Positions 1 to 12,653 of a DNA stretch of 64,000 bases are shown in pieces (position 1 is the stretch's first letter; every line of letters starts with the position of its first letter). A program made the translations under genes and the position numbers. A model generated the notes under the pieces. It saw only the letters and a program-made list of their open reading frames with translations. It searched no databases and had not been told where the DNA came from. Source of the stretch: an uncultured Planctomycetota bacterium. Lineage in GTDB: Bacteria; Planctomycetota; Planctomycetia; Pirellulales; PNKZ01. The stretch lies in contig CAVPTO010000003.1 of the NCBI GenBank assembly GCA_963708675.1, positions 1,540,719-1,604,718 of the forward strand, written 5' to 3'.

Positions 1-323
1 TCGACCGCGTGATTCCGTTCGAAGATTTCTTCCGCTTGCGTGGGCCGAATCGTTCGATGTTCCGCGGCAAAGGCGCCTGGGAAGTCGCCACACGATGGTC
101 GCACATCGACTTGAATAGCGGCCCAATTGCCAATGTCGGCCAACCCAACTACAACCCGACCGTCGGCGGCGGCAAGGTCAACGACGTGACCTTCGGCGTG
201 AACTGGTACTTGAACCCGTACTCAAAAGTCCAGTTCAACTACATCCGCGCGATGCTGACCAACAACACCTACGGCTACAGCAACACGAACATTTTCGATC
301 TTCGCTACCAGATGGACTTCTAA
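1..323 (+). CDS. C-terminal fragment of an outer-membrane porin (OprO/OprP-like); the 5' end lies outside the window
   Basis: ORF 9..323 is open to the window edge. It ends ...GVNWYLNPYSKVQFNYIRAML...FDLRYQMDF, with an alternating beta-strand pattern and a terminal aromatic residue typical of OM beta-barrels. Confidence 0.55.
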   Translation, partial: DRVIPFEDFFRLRGPNRSMFRGKGAWEVATRWSHIDLNSGPIANVGQPNYNPTVGGGKVNDVTFGVNWYLNPYSKVQFNYIRAMLTNNTYGYSNTNIFDLRYQMDF

Positions 324-355
324 ACACCTAAGGGGTGACCGAGCTAAGAATGGCT

Positions 356-508
356 TTAGTCTCGGTTCGGGTAGACGTCGTTGCGGTTCTGGTAGATCGG
401 GTCGTCGTGGGGCACGTCCTTGTCACTTGGGCTGCTTCGGCAACCCGTGCACGCTAGCGATAGCGTCGCCGCGACCAGGAGAAGACATGCCCATTGAATG
501 CCGCGCAT
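356..508 (-). CDS. small putative lipoprotein (about 50 aa)
   Basis: Internal Met of ORF 356..709: MRGIQWACLLLVAATLSLAC-TGCRSS..., a signal peptide plus a lipobox-like LSLAC. The upstream part of the ORF is Arg-rich and looks spurious. Confidence 0.4.
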   Translation of the reverse strand: MRGIQWACLLLVAATLSLACTGCRSSPSDKDVPHDDPIYQNRNDVYPNRD

Positions 509-687
509 GCTAAGTCCTTTCAGCACAGCGATTGACGGTGGGACGCCACGATAATCGTTACAGGCGTCAATCTTTGCCCGTCTTACCAATCGGCATCCGC
601 CGGGCGCGAAATGAGGACTTCGCGGAAATTTAACGAGGAATACCGCGACTGTTACACGTCGTTGTTCACGGCTGAGAGCTACGCGAC

Positions 688-1545
688 CTAGCTGCCGCGT
701 ACGTTGCAACGCTCGAGCATTTCGCGCGGCGACACGACGAAGCTCGTATAGAAAGGCCCGAACTCGGCGTATCGGGCGCTGGCCTCATCGAAGCGCATCT
801 TGTAGACGATCTCTTTGAGGAACTCGGGACGACGGGCCCAAAGTGTCACGCCCCATTCCCAATCGTCGAGCCCGACCGAAACCGTAATCAATTGCGTCAC
901 GCGGCCGCCGAATTTCATGCCGCTGCGGCCATGCTCGGCCATCATGCGGTTACGGTCCTCGAACGGCATGAGGAACCAGTTCTCGCCGACCTTCCGCTTC
1001 TTGTTCATGGGGTAGAAGCAGGTGTTCGGCCAAGGCGGCAAGTCGGGCGTGAGCCGCTGCTTGCGCATCATCTCTTCGCGAGACTCATACGCCTTGAGCT
1101 TCGCACGGTAGGCAGGCCCCTCGGGATTCTCGCCTTCTTCGACCAGCCGTTTGCCATACTGCTCGACACTCGGCACGTACTCCGAGACTTCGGTGAGCGA
1201 GACGAACGAGTACGTTGACACGATCGCCGGCCCCAGCGGCCCCGACATCAACCGCTGATGCACCGAGTCGAGCTTGAGCGGATCGGGGTCGAGCATCATC
1301 AGGCCGAAGTCAGCCTTATGACCGCACACGAGTGACGTTTGCAGCCGGGCCGGGGCGTCTGCCGACTCGGGGTTCAACACCTCAGCGACGGCCTCGACGC
1401 CTTTGACGACGTCGCTGCCCAGCTTTTGCAGCACCCCACGATCGAAGCGATAGAAGAAATGTTGGCAGTGCCAACCTTCCGCGGGTTGCAGTGATGTTTC
1501 GGTCGACGGCGCTTCGTGATGGGCGTGGTTCATGGCGGCCATCAT
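688..1545 (-). CDS. chlorite dismutase / HemQ-family heme-binding protein
   Basis: ...FLMPFEDRNRMMAEHGRSGMKFGGRVTQLITVSVGLDDWEWGVTLWARRPEFLKEIVYKMRFDEASARYAEFGPFYT matches the Cld/HemQ family. The start is taken at the MMAAMNHAHH Met cluster (1533-1545), not the ORF maximum at 1635. Confidence 0.7.
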   Translation of the reverse strand: MMAAMNHAHHEAPSTETSLQPAEGWHCQHFFYRFDRGVLQKLGSDVVKGVEAVAEVLNPESADAPARLQTSLVCGHKADFGLMMLDPDPLKLDSVHQRLMSGPLGPAIVSTYSFVSLTEVSEYVPSVEQYGKRLVEEGENPEGPAYRAKLKAYESREEMMRKQRLTPDLPPWPNTCFYPMNKKRKVGENWFLMPFEDRNRMMAEHGRSGMKFGGRVTQLITVSVGLDDWEWGVTLWARRPEFLKEIVYKMRFDEASARYAEFGPFYTSFVVSPREMLERCNVRGS

Positions 1546-1679
1546 AACACGCCACCAGCATGACGCGCAAGCGCGTGTCCGCGCTCGGCGCGAGTCTCCG
1601 ACCCCGCCGATCTCGGGAGACCTTCGGTCGGTCAAGCGGCGGGGTCAGAGACCCGCGCCGAGCGCGCACTTTCAGTCGG

Positions 1680-2159
1680 TTAACCCGCGGCGGCCGAGAA
1701 ATCTCGCACGAGGCGCAAGAAAACCTCGCGTGTCACCTGGGCCAGAATCACCTGCCGGCCCGCTCCAACATCCACGGCATAGCGAACGAGGCTCAACTCG
1801 CCACCTTTGCGGACAAGCAGCTCATAGTAGCTCGTGCGGTCGTCGGTCTTCGTGGGCGGCACCGAGCGCATCTGCACCGTGCACTGCTGCGAGTCGATCT
1901 CGATCGGCTGGATCGGCTCGAGCAGATACGTGAGCCGCTTCGACAGATCGTCAGCAACAGCTTTCAAGGCGACCACGTCGACGCTTCGCAACTTGTCGGC
2001 ATGAAGCGCAAAGCGCTCGAACGCGCAGCCGATCGAGTCCAAGGCCGCCAGGTCACACTCGAACCGCTGTCCCGCATCGGCTTCGTCGATGCGCATCGGC
2101 CCGGTGTTCGGACACGGTAGCGCTGCGAGTGCCGTTTGAACTTGCTGAGCGACGGACAT
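1680..2159 (-). CDS. hypothetical protein downstream of spoVR (160 aa)
   Basis: Balanced composition from MSVAQQVQTALAAL... (ATG at 2159). The overlapping + strand ORF 1560..2120 is Arg-rich shadow sequence. Same strand as, and close to, the prkA-yeaH-spoVR genes. Confidence 0.55.
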   Translation of the reverse strand: MSVAQQVQTALAALPCPNTGPMRIDEADAGQRFECDLAALDSIGCAFERFALHADKLRSVDVVALKAVADDLSKRLTYLLEPIQPIEIDSQQCTVQMRSVPPTKTDDRTSYYELLVRKGGELSLVRYAVDVGAGRQVILAQVTREVFLRLVRDFSAAAG

Positions 2160-2182
2160 GAAATCGTTTCTACCTCGCAGCC

Positions 2183-3718
2183 TCAGCGGCTGATCGACGC
2201 GATGTGCGTCTGTTCTTGCGAGTGTTCCGAACCATCGTACGACAACACCGTTCGCACGCCGTCGAACTCGGTTTCGATATGCACCGGGCGCATCCACAAG
2301 CGATGCAAATTCGTCAACGTATCGCGAGCATAGGCAAACTGCAGCTCGGTATCGCTGTGGATGTGTTCGAGATACAGCTCGCCACGATTCTTATAGTTGG
2401 CGTCGCGAATTCGGATGATCGGCAATCCGCGATTCGTCAGGTTGAACAGCAGCCGTTGCTTGATCTTGGGGAACTCGCGACTCTCAATCTCGTATTGATC
2501 GGCGCCTGGGTTGTAGCCGAACGAAAACAGCTTGTGCCGTCGGCAGAAGTCGAGCGTCAGGAACTCATCGATGAACGTCAGATCGTTGTGAATCTTGCGT
2601 ACTTCGAAGATTTTTTGACGGCCGAGATTCGCGTTCGTGTTCCAATCGCGCTTCGCCACGAGATCGTCGCAGTCCTCGTAGTCTTTGCCAAATTGGCCGC
2701 GATTCCATCGTTCCTCGACATCGCGGAACAATTCGATGCCGAGTTTGTAGGGGTTCAAGCGATTTTGGCTCGTCGCCATCGTGCCCGAGTGGTGGTCGGC
2801 ATAGTTGACGATGTCGGCCGACGTGAGCCCCTGGCGCGTCATGATCGTCGAGTGCCAATAGCTGGCCCAGCCTTCGTTCATGATCTTTGTTTGACCCTGT
2901 GGCGCGAAGTAATACGCTTCGTCGCGCAGGATCGACAAAACATCCAACTGCCACGGCTTGAGCGGCGCGTGCTCGAGAATGAACAACATCACATCGCGCT
3001 GCGGATGCTCGGGGAACGTCGGCGTCGACTCATCCTGCTTGCGGCGACGCTCGGCCTCGGCGGCCATGGCTGCGGGAGGATTGATGTAATGATCCATGTA
3101 GCTCTTGGCGTCGAAGCGAGCCGGGCCATGATCCGTTTCACCCATTTCTTCGTCAGCCAATGCTCGCTTGCGTTCGGTCTGCGCACTCGGCCGTTTGATA
3201 AACGGTGAATGGATGTCGATCAGATCTTCGATGCTGAGACACGCATCGATGAATGTTTCTACTTCGTCAACTCCAAAGCGATCCATGTAACGACGGATGC
3301 GATTGCCATTGTTGGCCATCTGATCCATCATCTTGCGATTCGTTTGGCTGAACCAGAAGTTGTTTTTGAAGAAGTCGCAGTGGCCATAGACGTGCGCCAT
3401 GACCATCTTTTGGTCGGTGAGCGCGTTGCAACTCATCAAGTAGGCGTAGCACGGATCGTTATTGATCACGAGCTCGTAGATCTTCTGCAGTCCGTAGGCG
3501 TAGCCCTTCGAAAGCTGTTCGTACTCCATGCCGAAGCGCCAGTGCGGATAGCGCGTCGGGAAGCCGCCGAAGGCCGCGACGGCGTTCAACTGGTCGTAGT
3601 CGACGACTTCGAAGACGGTCGGAAAGAAGTCGAGTCCGTAGCCGGCCGCGTACTCTTGCATCCGGCCTTGGACATCCGACAACTCGGTCGGCAACGCTTT
3701 TGGGCTATGGATCGTCAT
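2183..3718 (-). CDS. spoVR: SpoVR/YcgB family protein
   Basis: 511 aa. ...GLDFFPTVFEVVDYDQLNAVAAFGGFPTRYPHWRFGMEYEQLSKGYAYGLQKIYELVINNDPCYAYLM is the SpoVR family signature. It is third in the conserved prkA-yeaH-spoVR order. Confidence 0.9.
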   Translation of the reverse strand: MTIHSPKALPTELSDVQGRMQEYAAGYGLDFFPTVFEVVDYDQLNAVAAFGGFPTRYPHWRFGMEYEQLSKGYAYGLQKIYELVINNDPCYAYLMSCNALTDQKMVMAHVYGHCDFFKNNFWFSQTNRKMMDQMANNGNRIRRYMDRFGVDEVETFIDACLSIEDLIDIHSPFIKRPSAQTERKRALADEEMGETDHGPARFDAKSYMDHYINPPAAMAAEAERRRKQDESTPTFPEHPQRDVMLFILEHAPLKPWQLDVLSILRDEAYYFAPQGQTKIMNEGWASYWHSTIMTRQGLTSADIVNYADHHSGTMATSQNRLNPYKLGIELFRDVEERWNRGQFGKDYEDCDDLVAKRDWNTNANLGRQKIFEVRKIHNDLTFIDEFLTLDFCRRHKLFSFGYNPGADQYEIESREFPKIKQRLLFNLTNRGLPIIRIRDANYKNRGELYLEHIHSDTELQFAYARDTLTNLHRLWMRPVHIETEFDGVRTVLSYDGSEHSQEQTHIASISR

Positions 3719-3753
3719 GATGATAGCGCATGAAAGTCACGCCGCGCGGGCGA

Positions 3754-4861
3754 TTACTTTCCCTTTCCTAGAAACAACTTGATCGACTCGTAGATTCCAT
3801 TGCGGTCGCGAATTTCGGAGAGGACCAGCTTCTCGGACTCCGAAGACATTCGCTCACGCAAGGCGCAGATACTCGCCGCTTCCGTAAGGGCTTTCGACTT
3901 GCCCGTAGCAGAAGAGGTTCACGTTCGGAAGGATTTCATCCTTCAACATCGCGAGACTCGCCTGGTTGTCTTCGCCCCAGTTGTCGCCGTCAGAGAATTG
4001 GAAACAGTACACATTCCAATCGCTGACGGGGTACTCGTCTTTCATGACTTCGATGCAGGCCTTATAGGCCGAGCTGATGCGCGTGCCACCGCTCTCGCGG
4101 GTGTGATAGAACGTCTGCTCGTCGACCACCTTGGCGGCCGCGTCGTGAATGATGTATTTCACCGCAACGCCGCCGTATTGGCTCTTGAGCCAGGTGTCGA
4201 TCCAGAACGCCTCGGTGCGGACGATCTGTTTCTGCTCGTCGGTCATCGAGCCAGAAACATCCATCATGTAGATGATGGCTGCGTTGGCCTCGGGATGGCT
4301 GACCGTCGTCCACGACCGGTAGCGTTTGTCCTCGCGAATCGGGACGATCTTAGGCTGTTCGCTGTTGTAGGTCTTCGACGAGATCTGACGTCGCAACGCT
4401 TCCATGTAGGTGCGGCGAAAGTGTCGTAGCGACTCGGGGCCGCTGCGGCGAATGCTCGTGTACTTGGCTTTTTCCTGCACGATGTTCGCGGTGCCGCGCG
4501 GTTCAATCCGCGGAAGCTGTAACTCGTCGGCCATGATGCCGGCCAGTTCTTCGAGCGAGACTTCGACTTCGAGAACGTGAGCGCCGGGATCGCTGCCGGC
4601 CTGCCCTCCGCCGCCGCCTTTGTCGCCACCGGCTCCCACGGGCGTGCCTTCGTCGCCGTCGCCTTGGCCGACGCCTCCGCCACCGTTTTTGCCGTAACGG
4701 AAGTGGGGCACATCGAGTTGCGGGATCGGAATGCTGACCAGGTCGTTCCCCTTGCGACCGATCATTTCGCCGTGCGTCACGTACTTGCGAAGATTCTCGC
4801 GAATTCTGCCGCGAACAATCTCCTTGAATCGCGAACGATCGCGATCGATTTTCATCACCAT
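3754..4861 (-). pseudogene. yeaH: YeaH/YhbH (DUF444) family protein with an apparent 1-nt frameshift near its 3' end (about 3862)
   Basis: ORF 3854..4861 ([28 protein letters not shown]...DVSGSM...[10 protein letters not shown]) stops at ...GEYLRLA*. The +1 frame continues [35 protein letters not shown] to 3754, which resembles the family C-terminus (E. coli ...HIRDQDDIYPVFRELF). Confidence 0.85.
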
Positions 4862-4919
4862 GGCGGTCCCTCAGCTCCCGCAGAACTCACGTAACGCGAT
4901 GCTCAGCAGCCTTTGTCGC

Positions 4920-6971
<2,052 letters not shown>

Positions 6972-7660
6972 TGCACACGTTCTCCAGTCGAAACGACATG
7001 ATGTCGCGAATTCTCGCGTGTTACGTCACGCTCGACGGAGGTGCTCGAATGAGCAAGCAGCGCGCCGCCGAAGCCCGCTACGCCGTACACCAATTCCCTC
7101 TAGTCCACGCTGAATTCCTGGGATTACGCCGATTCTGCGGCGCGTGCCGCCTTCGGTGCCTCGACGAACGCTCCTCCGATGAGGTGACCGTTCAGACGCC
7201 GAATTCGAGGCGTAGTAACAGACGGCCGTGTCGACAGAAGAACCAAGTTCTTCGGACGGCGGTGCCTGTCCGACCAGGAAAAGAACTTGGAAAAGAGCAG
7301 TGTGACGGTTGCGAATCGAGCTCAGGAGGCGGGCTGATGCGTCTTCGTTCGTTCCGCCGAACGTAGCCGCCGACCGTCGTTAAGGCGGCCGGACCGCGCC
7401 ATTGCGTCGGCTACTATCGATAAGTATTGCCTCGATCGATTTTTACGGCAATACCGAGTCTGGGCCGCAAGGCCAATCTCCAGTCGAGAATGGCGAGCAC
7501 CGAGCGGGGCCAAACCCTCAACGCATACTGGCTTTAGACAGGCTCCGTGCATCCGCGAAAAGAAAGTACGCATTTTCCGTAGAAGGTGTGTTCGCCGAGT
7601 GCTCAAAGGCATTCGCGACAACACTTCGCCACCGCGTTGAACTCTAGAAACGACGTTCGT

Positions 7661-8077
7661 TTACGTCGCGAGTAACTTACCAACGCTGTCGATCAGCCGG
7701 TCCATCGCGAACGGCTTGCGAATGTAATCATCCACGCCCAGCATCTCAGCGTAGACCTTGTGTCGGCTGCCTTCGTTGGCCGTGATCATGATCACACGCA
7801 CCGGTATGGGACGCGTCCGACGCAGCTTTTCGAGCACCAAAAAGCCGCTCCGCTTGGGCATCATCATGTCCAAGATCAAAAGATCGGGGTCTTCCCGCTC
7901 GGCGAGCGCCAGCCCCTGATTGCCGTCGCGGGCCACGAGGATTTGATACCCCTTGGCCTCGAGCGCCATCCGCATCGACTCGACGATTTCGTGGTCGTCG
8001 TCGACCAGCAGAATGCGCTTTTGGGCGACGCCGTCTTTGGCCGGTGCTTTGGCTTCCGCAGTTTTCTCTTCCGCCAT
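7661..8077 (-). CDS. single-domain response regulator (CheY-like receiver)
   Basis: KRILLVDDDHEIVESMRMALEAKGYQILVARDGNQGLALAEREDPDLLILDMMMPKRSGFLVLEKLRR...K: a receiver domain with DD...D...K residues. Confidence 0.85.
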   Translation of the reverse strand: MAEEKTAEAKAPAKDGVAQKRILLVDDDHEIVESMRMALEAKGYQILVARDGNQGLALAEREDPDLLILDMMMPKRSGFLVLEKLRRTRPIPVRVIMITANEGSRHKVYAEMLGVDDYIRKPFAMDRLIDSVGKLLAT

Positions 8078-8146
8078 AATTCACTCCGCCGCTTACGACG
8101 GTCCTTTGTCACTACAAGTACTGGACAGACCTGTCGCTTGCAACGG

Positions 8147-9301
8147 TCAAGCGCTCGGAATCATGGCCAAGCCGCTGGCAATAATCGCTGTAAGCGCGCT
8201 CTCAAGCTCACCAGACACCTGGGAATCGGTCTCAATTGCTCGCCGCGCTATCAACGCTGCCTGGGCTTTCACATCACGAAATTTACCTAACGCCCAAGCG
8301 CTAGCGCCACGAACGAGCGGCTCGGCGTCGTTCAAACCGGCAACCAGTGCATCGATTGCCTTCTCGTCGGGCCCGTTTCCCAGAATGATGGCCGCGTTGC
8401 GAAGGATTCCGCGTCGGCGAGGCCGCCACAGCGGTGTGTCCTTGAATCGCTGCCGAAAAGCGTCCTCGTCGAGAAAGAACAGCTCGGCCAGTTCCACGGG
8501 ATTCATCCCCTCGCGAGGATGGAGGTCGCGGTTCTCCGTCACCGGCGCCTTGTTGTTCCACGGGCAAACATCCTGGCAGACATCGCATCCGAGCAGCCAA
8601 TCGCCGATGCCGGGGCGAAGCTCCGCAGGAATGGGGTCGCGCAACTCGATCGTGAGATAGCTAATGCAGCGGCGGCTATCGAGCACATAAGGCGCGACGA
8701 ACGCCTTGGTTGGGCAGGCGTCGAGGCACGCGTGGCACGTTCCGCAATGATCGGTTGCCTGTTCCGCGTCGTATTCCAATTCGACGTCCGTCAGCAACGT
8801 CGCCAGAAAGAACCAACTCCCCTCGCTTCGATTCAGCAGCAGCGTGTTCTTACCGATCCAACCGAGGCCGGCCAACTGCGCGAATTCTCGTTCCAACAAG
8901 GGCGCCGTATCGATCACGCCCCGAACGGTCGCGCCTGGGCTTTCCGATCGAAAATAGTCGGAAAGTTCGTTGAGTCGGTCGCGGATAAGATGGTGGTAGT
9001 CGACGCCCCAGGCGTATCGCGATACTCGCCCTTGGCCGGGCTCCGTCGCGTCCGGTTCGACGGTGCGATACGGAAAGCCAAGCATCAACAGACTTCGCAC
9101 GCCCGGCAGAACATGGTCGGGATGCGCGTATGCCTCCGCCCGCGTCGAAAGATATGTCATCTCTCCCGCGTAACCCGCCGCGAGCCAATCGTGGAACCGC
9201 GACAGCCCGGTTGGCTCTACGGCCCGACAGACGCCCGAGAGCGAAAAGCCGAGTTTCGCGGCTTCGGCCTTCAGGCGGGTGGTGAGTTCGGCTGCTGTCA
9301 T
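8147..9301 (-). CDS. queG: tRNA epoxyqueuosine(34) reductase QueG
   Basis: AGYAGEMTYL, 4Fe-4S motifs CGTCHACLDACP and CDVCQDVCPWN, CISYLTIE, and C-terminal HEAT-like repeats. Confidence 0.85.
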   Translation of the reverse strand: MTAAELTTRLKAEAAKLGFSLSGVCRAVEPTGLSRFHDWLAAGYAGEMTYLSTRAEAYAHPDHVLPGVRSLLMLGFPYRTVEPDATEPGQGRVSRYAWGVDYHHLIRDRLNELSDYFRSESPGATVRGVIDTAPLLEREFAQLAGLGWIGKNTLLLNRSEGSWFFLATLLTDVELEYDAEQATDHCGTCHACLDACPTKAFVAPYVLDSRRCISYLTIELRDPIPAELRPGIGDWLLGCDVCQDVCPWNNKAPVTENRDLHPREGMNPVELAELFFLDEDAFRQRFKDTPLWRPRRRGILRNAAIILGNGPDEKAIDALVAGLNDAEPLVRGASAWALGKFRDVKAQAALIARRAIETDSQVSGELESALTAIIASGLAMIPSA

Positions 9302-9328
9302 GTCATCAGCATGATGCGACGACGGCGG

Positions 9329-10303
9329 TCATTTCAAGAGCAAACGCTGAATGTCGTCAGTGACGATGAACTGCTCGCGCGGCACGACGCTGAAATCGAA
9401 GTCGTGAATCAGTTCCTTCGCAGCGATGGGCGAGTTCGTGGGTCGCAATCGACACGACCACGCCAAGAACCCAACCATCTGCTCGGCCGTGCACCCGACA
9501 TCGCGGAACGTGGCGAGACGCGTATCACCGTGACGTTTCGCCAATCGCCGGCCGTCGGGACCGACCACCAACGGCACATGCGACATTATTGGCGGCGGCC
9601 ATCCGAAGAAGGCGTACAGTTCGAGTTGGCGGAAGGCGCTGGGAATCAGGTCGTCACCGCGCACGACTTCGCTGACGCCCATCGCGTGATCGTCGACCAC
9701 GACCGCCAACTGATAAGCCGGCGTCCCGTCCCCCTTGGCCACAACGAAATCGCCAAGCTCGTCGGCGGCGGTGCATTCGATTCGTCCCACGAAGCGATCG
9801 TTGAGAACGCGACGTTCATTCGACGCACGGAATCGCCAAACGTATGGGCGGTCGAGCGCCGCGGCGTCGGCTGACGTGCGGCCGGCACAGGTGCCGGGAT
9901 AGCGAGGCGATTCCTGTCCCGCATGGGGCGCACTTGTGGCGTCGGCGACGTCCGATCGCGTACACGTACACGGATAAACTCGTTCGGCCTTGCGAAGTTC
10001 TTCAAGTGCTGCAGCGTACAACTCTCTTCGCTGCGTCTGCACATACGGAGCGTGCGGCCCGCCGACGTCGGGGCCATCGTCCCAATCGAGTCCCAGCCAG
10101 TGCAGATCGTCGATCGCCTGCTGTGCGGCCCCGACCTTCACGCGGGGCGAGTCGATGTCTTCGATGCGTAACACGACGCGGCCACCTTGCGACCGTACGG
10201 AAAGCCAGGCCAGCAGATACGTTCGCGCGTTGCCGAGGTGCTGCGCCCCGGTAGGCGACGGAGCCAGACGCCCGACGACTTGGCTTGCGGTGTAGGCGTC
10301 CAA
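9329..10303 (-). CDS. gluQ: glutamyl-Q tRNA(Asp) synthetase (GluQRS)
   Basis: VGRLAPSPTGAQHLGNARTYLLAWL...RIEDIDSPR...DDLHWLGLDWD is a class-I Glx-tRNA-synthetase catalytic core without an anticodon-binding domain. ORF maximum is 10720, but it overlaps fliW. The start is placed provisionally at in-frame TTG 10303. Confidence 0.75.
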   Translation of the reverse strand: MDAYTASQVVGRLAPSPTGAQHLGNARTYLLAWLSVRSQGGRVVLRIEDIDSPRVKVGAAQQAIDDLHWLGLDWDDGPDVGGPHAPYVQTQRRELYAAALEELRKAERVYPCTCTRSDVADATSAPHAGQESPRYPGTCAGRTSADAAALDRPYVWRFRASNERRVLNDRFVGRIECTAADELGDFVVAKGDGTPAYQLAVVVDDHAMGVSEVVRGDDLIPSAFRQLELYAFFGWPPPIMSHVPLVVGPDGRRLAKRHGDTRLATFRDVGCTAEQMVGFLAWSCRLRPTNSPIAAKELIHDFDFSVVPREQFIVTDDIQRLLLK

Positions 10304-10565
10304 AGTTCGTTGATCAGTCCGTGTTGATCTGACGTGTTCTCTGTCCGGTTGGTGTCGATTGTACCGGTCGGGCAACGATCGCGGACGTCGACACAACGGC
10401 GAATTTAGCGACCATGCACCGTTTGCCGAAACGCCTATGCGGTCACTGGACGAGGTCGCGCAGCATCGAGTCTTTTTGCTCTCGCCGCAATGCAAGCATG
10501 CCGATTTAGCCCAATGAGCGCTGGCCGACGCCAGCACGAGCAACAACATGGAAGGTAGGCTCGCG

Positions 10566-11006
10566 ATGCTAATCAAGACGACCAGGTTCGGTGCGTTGGA
10601 GGTCAACGCTGCCGACATGATCCGCTTCCCCAGTGGCGTGTTGGGTCTGGACGACTGTAAGCATTGGGTGCTGTTGGCCGACGCACAGAACCAATCCTTG
10701 GGATGGCTGCAATGCACCACGCGTCCCGAGGTTGCATTGGCCGTGGTCAGTCCGCGGCGGTTTGTGCCCGACTATCAGTTCCGCATCTTTCGCAGCGAGT
10801 TGGAAGCACTGCGGCTTGGCGGCATTGAAGACGCGCAAGTGCTCGTGATCGTCGGCAAAGGCGTCAACGGCGCGACGCTGAACCTGAAGGCCCCGGTCGT
10901 CATCAACGTTGCGGAACGTTTGGCGCGCCAGGTCATCGCCAACGGCGACTTGCCCCTGCAATACGAATTAACACACACGTCGGCGTTGCTGAAGAAGTCG
11001 GCCTAA
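10566..11006 (+). CDS. fliW: flagellar assembly factor FliW (CsrA antagonist)
   Basis: [39 protein letters not shown]...[17 protein letters not shown] matches the FliW family. It sits directly upstream of csrA. Confidence 0.85.
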   Translation: MLIKTTRFGALEVNAADMIRFPSGVLGLDDCKHWVLLADAQNQSLGWLQCTTRPEVALAVVSPRRFVPDYQFRIFRSELEALRLGGIEDAQVLVIVGKGVNGATLNLKAPVVINVAERLARQVIANGDLPLQYELTHTSALLKKSA

Positions 11007-11041
11007 CTGCCGCTCGCGCCCCCACCCTTAAGGAGTTTGCG

Positions 11042-11293
11042 ATGCTAGTGTTGTCGAGACAACGCGATGAGAGCATCATCATTGGCGACAACATCGTCAT
11101 CACGATCGTCGACATTCGCGGCGACAAGGTGCGGCTGGGGATCAATGCGCCGACGGAGATCCCCGTCCATCGTCGCGAAGTGTACGAGGCGATTCAGCGC
11201 GAAAACCTGAAGGCCAGCAACCTCGATCCTCGCGACGCGCGCTCGGTCGGCAAAGGCCCGGGGCCACGACCCGCGCCAGGCGAGAAGAAGTAA
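11042..11293 (+). CDS. csrA: carbon storage regulator CsrA
   Basis: [55 protein letters not shown]. An AAGGAG Shine-Dalgarno sits 7 nt upstream of the ATG. Confidence 0.95.
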   Translation: MLVLSRQRDESIIIGDNIVITIVDIRGDKVRLGINAPTEIPVHRREVYEAIQRENLKASNLDPRDARSVGKGPGPRPAPGEKK

Positions 11294-11304
11294 CATCTCC
11301 CCAA

Positions 11305-11324
11305 GCCGCCGGCTCTGCCGGCGG
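11305..11324 (+). terminator. GC-rich hairpin after csrA (weak terminator candidate)
   Basis: GCCGCCGGC-tct-GCCGGCGG lies 12 nt after the csrA stop. No U-tract follows. Confidence 0.3.
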
Positions 11325-11430
11325 AACGACACCACAAGGCGCCGGCCCACGCGCCGATTGACCGCGCCCCTGCTCCGCGCCAAACTTGAGTTTTCGCGAC
11401 CTCCGAAACTCAAGACGATTGGCTCACTCC

Positions 11431-12290
11431 GTGACGGCAACGAAGCAGCTCATCCGCGTCGGGCATAGCCCCGACCCCGACGACGCGTTCATGTTCCACG
11501 CGCTCGCGAACGACAAGATCGACACCGGCGACTTTGAATTTCGTCACGAGCTGGTCGACATCGAAACGCTTAACCGCCGCGCGACCACCGGCGAGCTCGA
11601 GCTCACGGCCGTCAGCCTGCACGGGTATGCGTATCTGACCGACATTTACGCTCTGTGCCCCTGCGGAGCGAGCATGGGGGATGGCTATGGGCCGATGGTC
11701 GTCGGCGCGAGCCGATGAGCCTCGAAGCGCTCAAAAACAAAACGATCGCCGTCCCGGGAACCCGCACGACAGCATACCTCGCATTGCGATTGTGTCTGGG
11801 CGTCGACTTCAAATATGTCGTGGTGCCGTTCGACCAGATTCTCGACGCTGTCGAGAAGGGCCAATACGAAGGCAAGCCCATCGACGCTGGCCTCATCATT
11901 CACGAGGGGCAGCTCACTTACAGCTCACAGAACTTGTCGTTGATCGTCGACACCGGCAAGTGGTGGCTAGAAAAGACCGGGCTGCCGCTTCCGCTCGGCG
12001 CCAACGCCATTCGCAAGGATCTCGGCGCGAAGGCGATGCACGAGGTCAATCGCCTGCTCAAGGAAAGTATCCGCTACGGTCTGGAGCATCGGCAGGAAGC
12101 GCTCGATTACGCCCTGCGCTACGGCCGCGATTTGGATCGCTCGCAGGCCGACGAGTTCGTGGGCATGTACGTGAACGACTGGACGCTCGACTTTGGCCCG
12201 CGTGGGCGCGAGGCGGTGCGACTGTTGCTTGAGCACGGCTACAAGGCCGGTGTGATCCCGACACGCGTCGAGCCCGAATTCATCGATTAA
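11431..12290 (+). pseudogene. MqnA/MqnD/SBP-family (futalosine-pathway menaquinone biosynthesis-like) protein with an apparent frameshift at about 11701-11712
   Basis: Frame 1: ...[26 protein letters not shown]...[13 protein letters not shown]. Frame 2 continues [29 protein letters not shown]...IIHEGQLTY.... Inserting one nt after GTCGTCGG joins them. The start is uncertain (GTG 11431 or 11386). Confidence 0.75.
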
Positions 12291-12334
12291 AGGCCGCCGG
12301 CTTTTCGCGTAGTGAGCGCGGCCGGCACGCATCT

Positions 12335-12586
12335 ATGGCTGTGCCGGAACCATTACGCCCGCCGGAGCCTGTGAAGCCGCGAGGCTCGTTGTTGCCGATC
12401 GCGCTAGCGGGGATGCTCGCGATTATCGTCTGCACGGTGCTCTTCTTTTTGACGCTCGGCGGCTTCGGCGCGGTAATGGTGGTCGCCGCCGGCGTGTTCC
12501 TCGTCGGAGCGTTTCACTACGTGGTGTGGGGATGGTGGCTGAGCGCCGCCATCCGCGAAGACGTCGAGGCGGATGAACGCGACTAA
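12335..12586 (+). CDS. small two-TM membrane protein
   Basis: 83 aa with two hydrophobic segments (LLPIALAGMLAIIVCTVLFFL, GAVMVVAAGVFLVGAFHYVVWGWWL). Confidence 0.45.
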   Translation: MAVPEPLRPPEPVKPRGSLLPIALAGMLAIIVCTVLFFLTLGGFGAVMVVAAGVFLVGAFHYVVWGWWLSAAIREDVEADERD

Positions 12587-12653
12587 GGTTAGCCGCGTCG
12601 CTTGCGACGCGCTTGATGCGCATCGCGACTAAACAACGTTCGCATGTCACCCG

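Noticed and set aside
6972-7660. Search for a sigma-54 (TGGCAC-N5-TTGC) promoter or an ORF in the 690-bp prkA upstream gap
   Set aside because: I found no convincing -24/-12 match on the minus strand. The ORFs in the gap (6971-7366, 7322-7624, 7402-7647) are Arg/Ser-rich and overlap each other.
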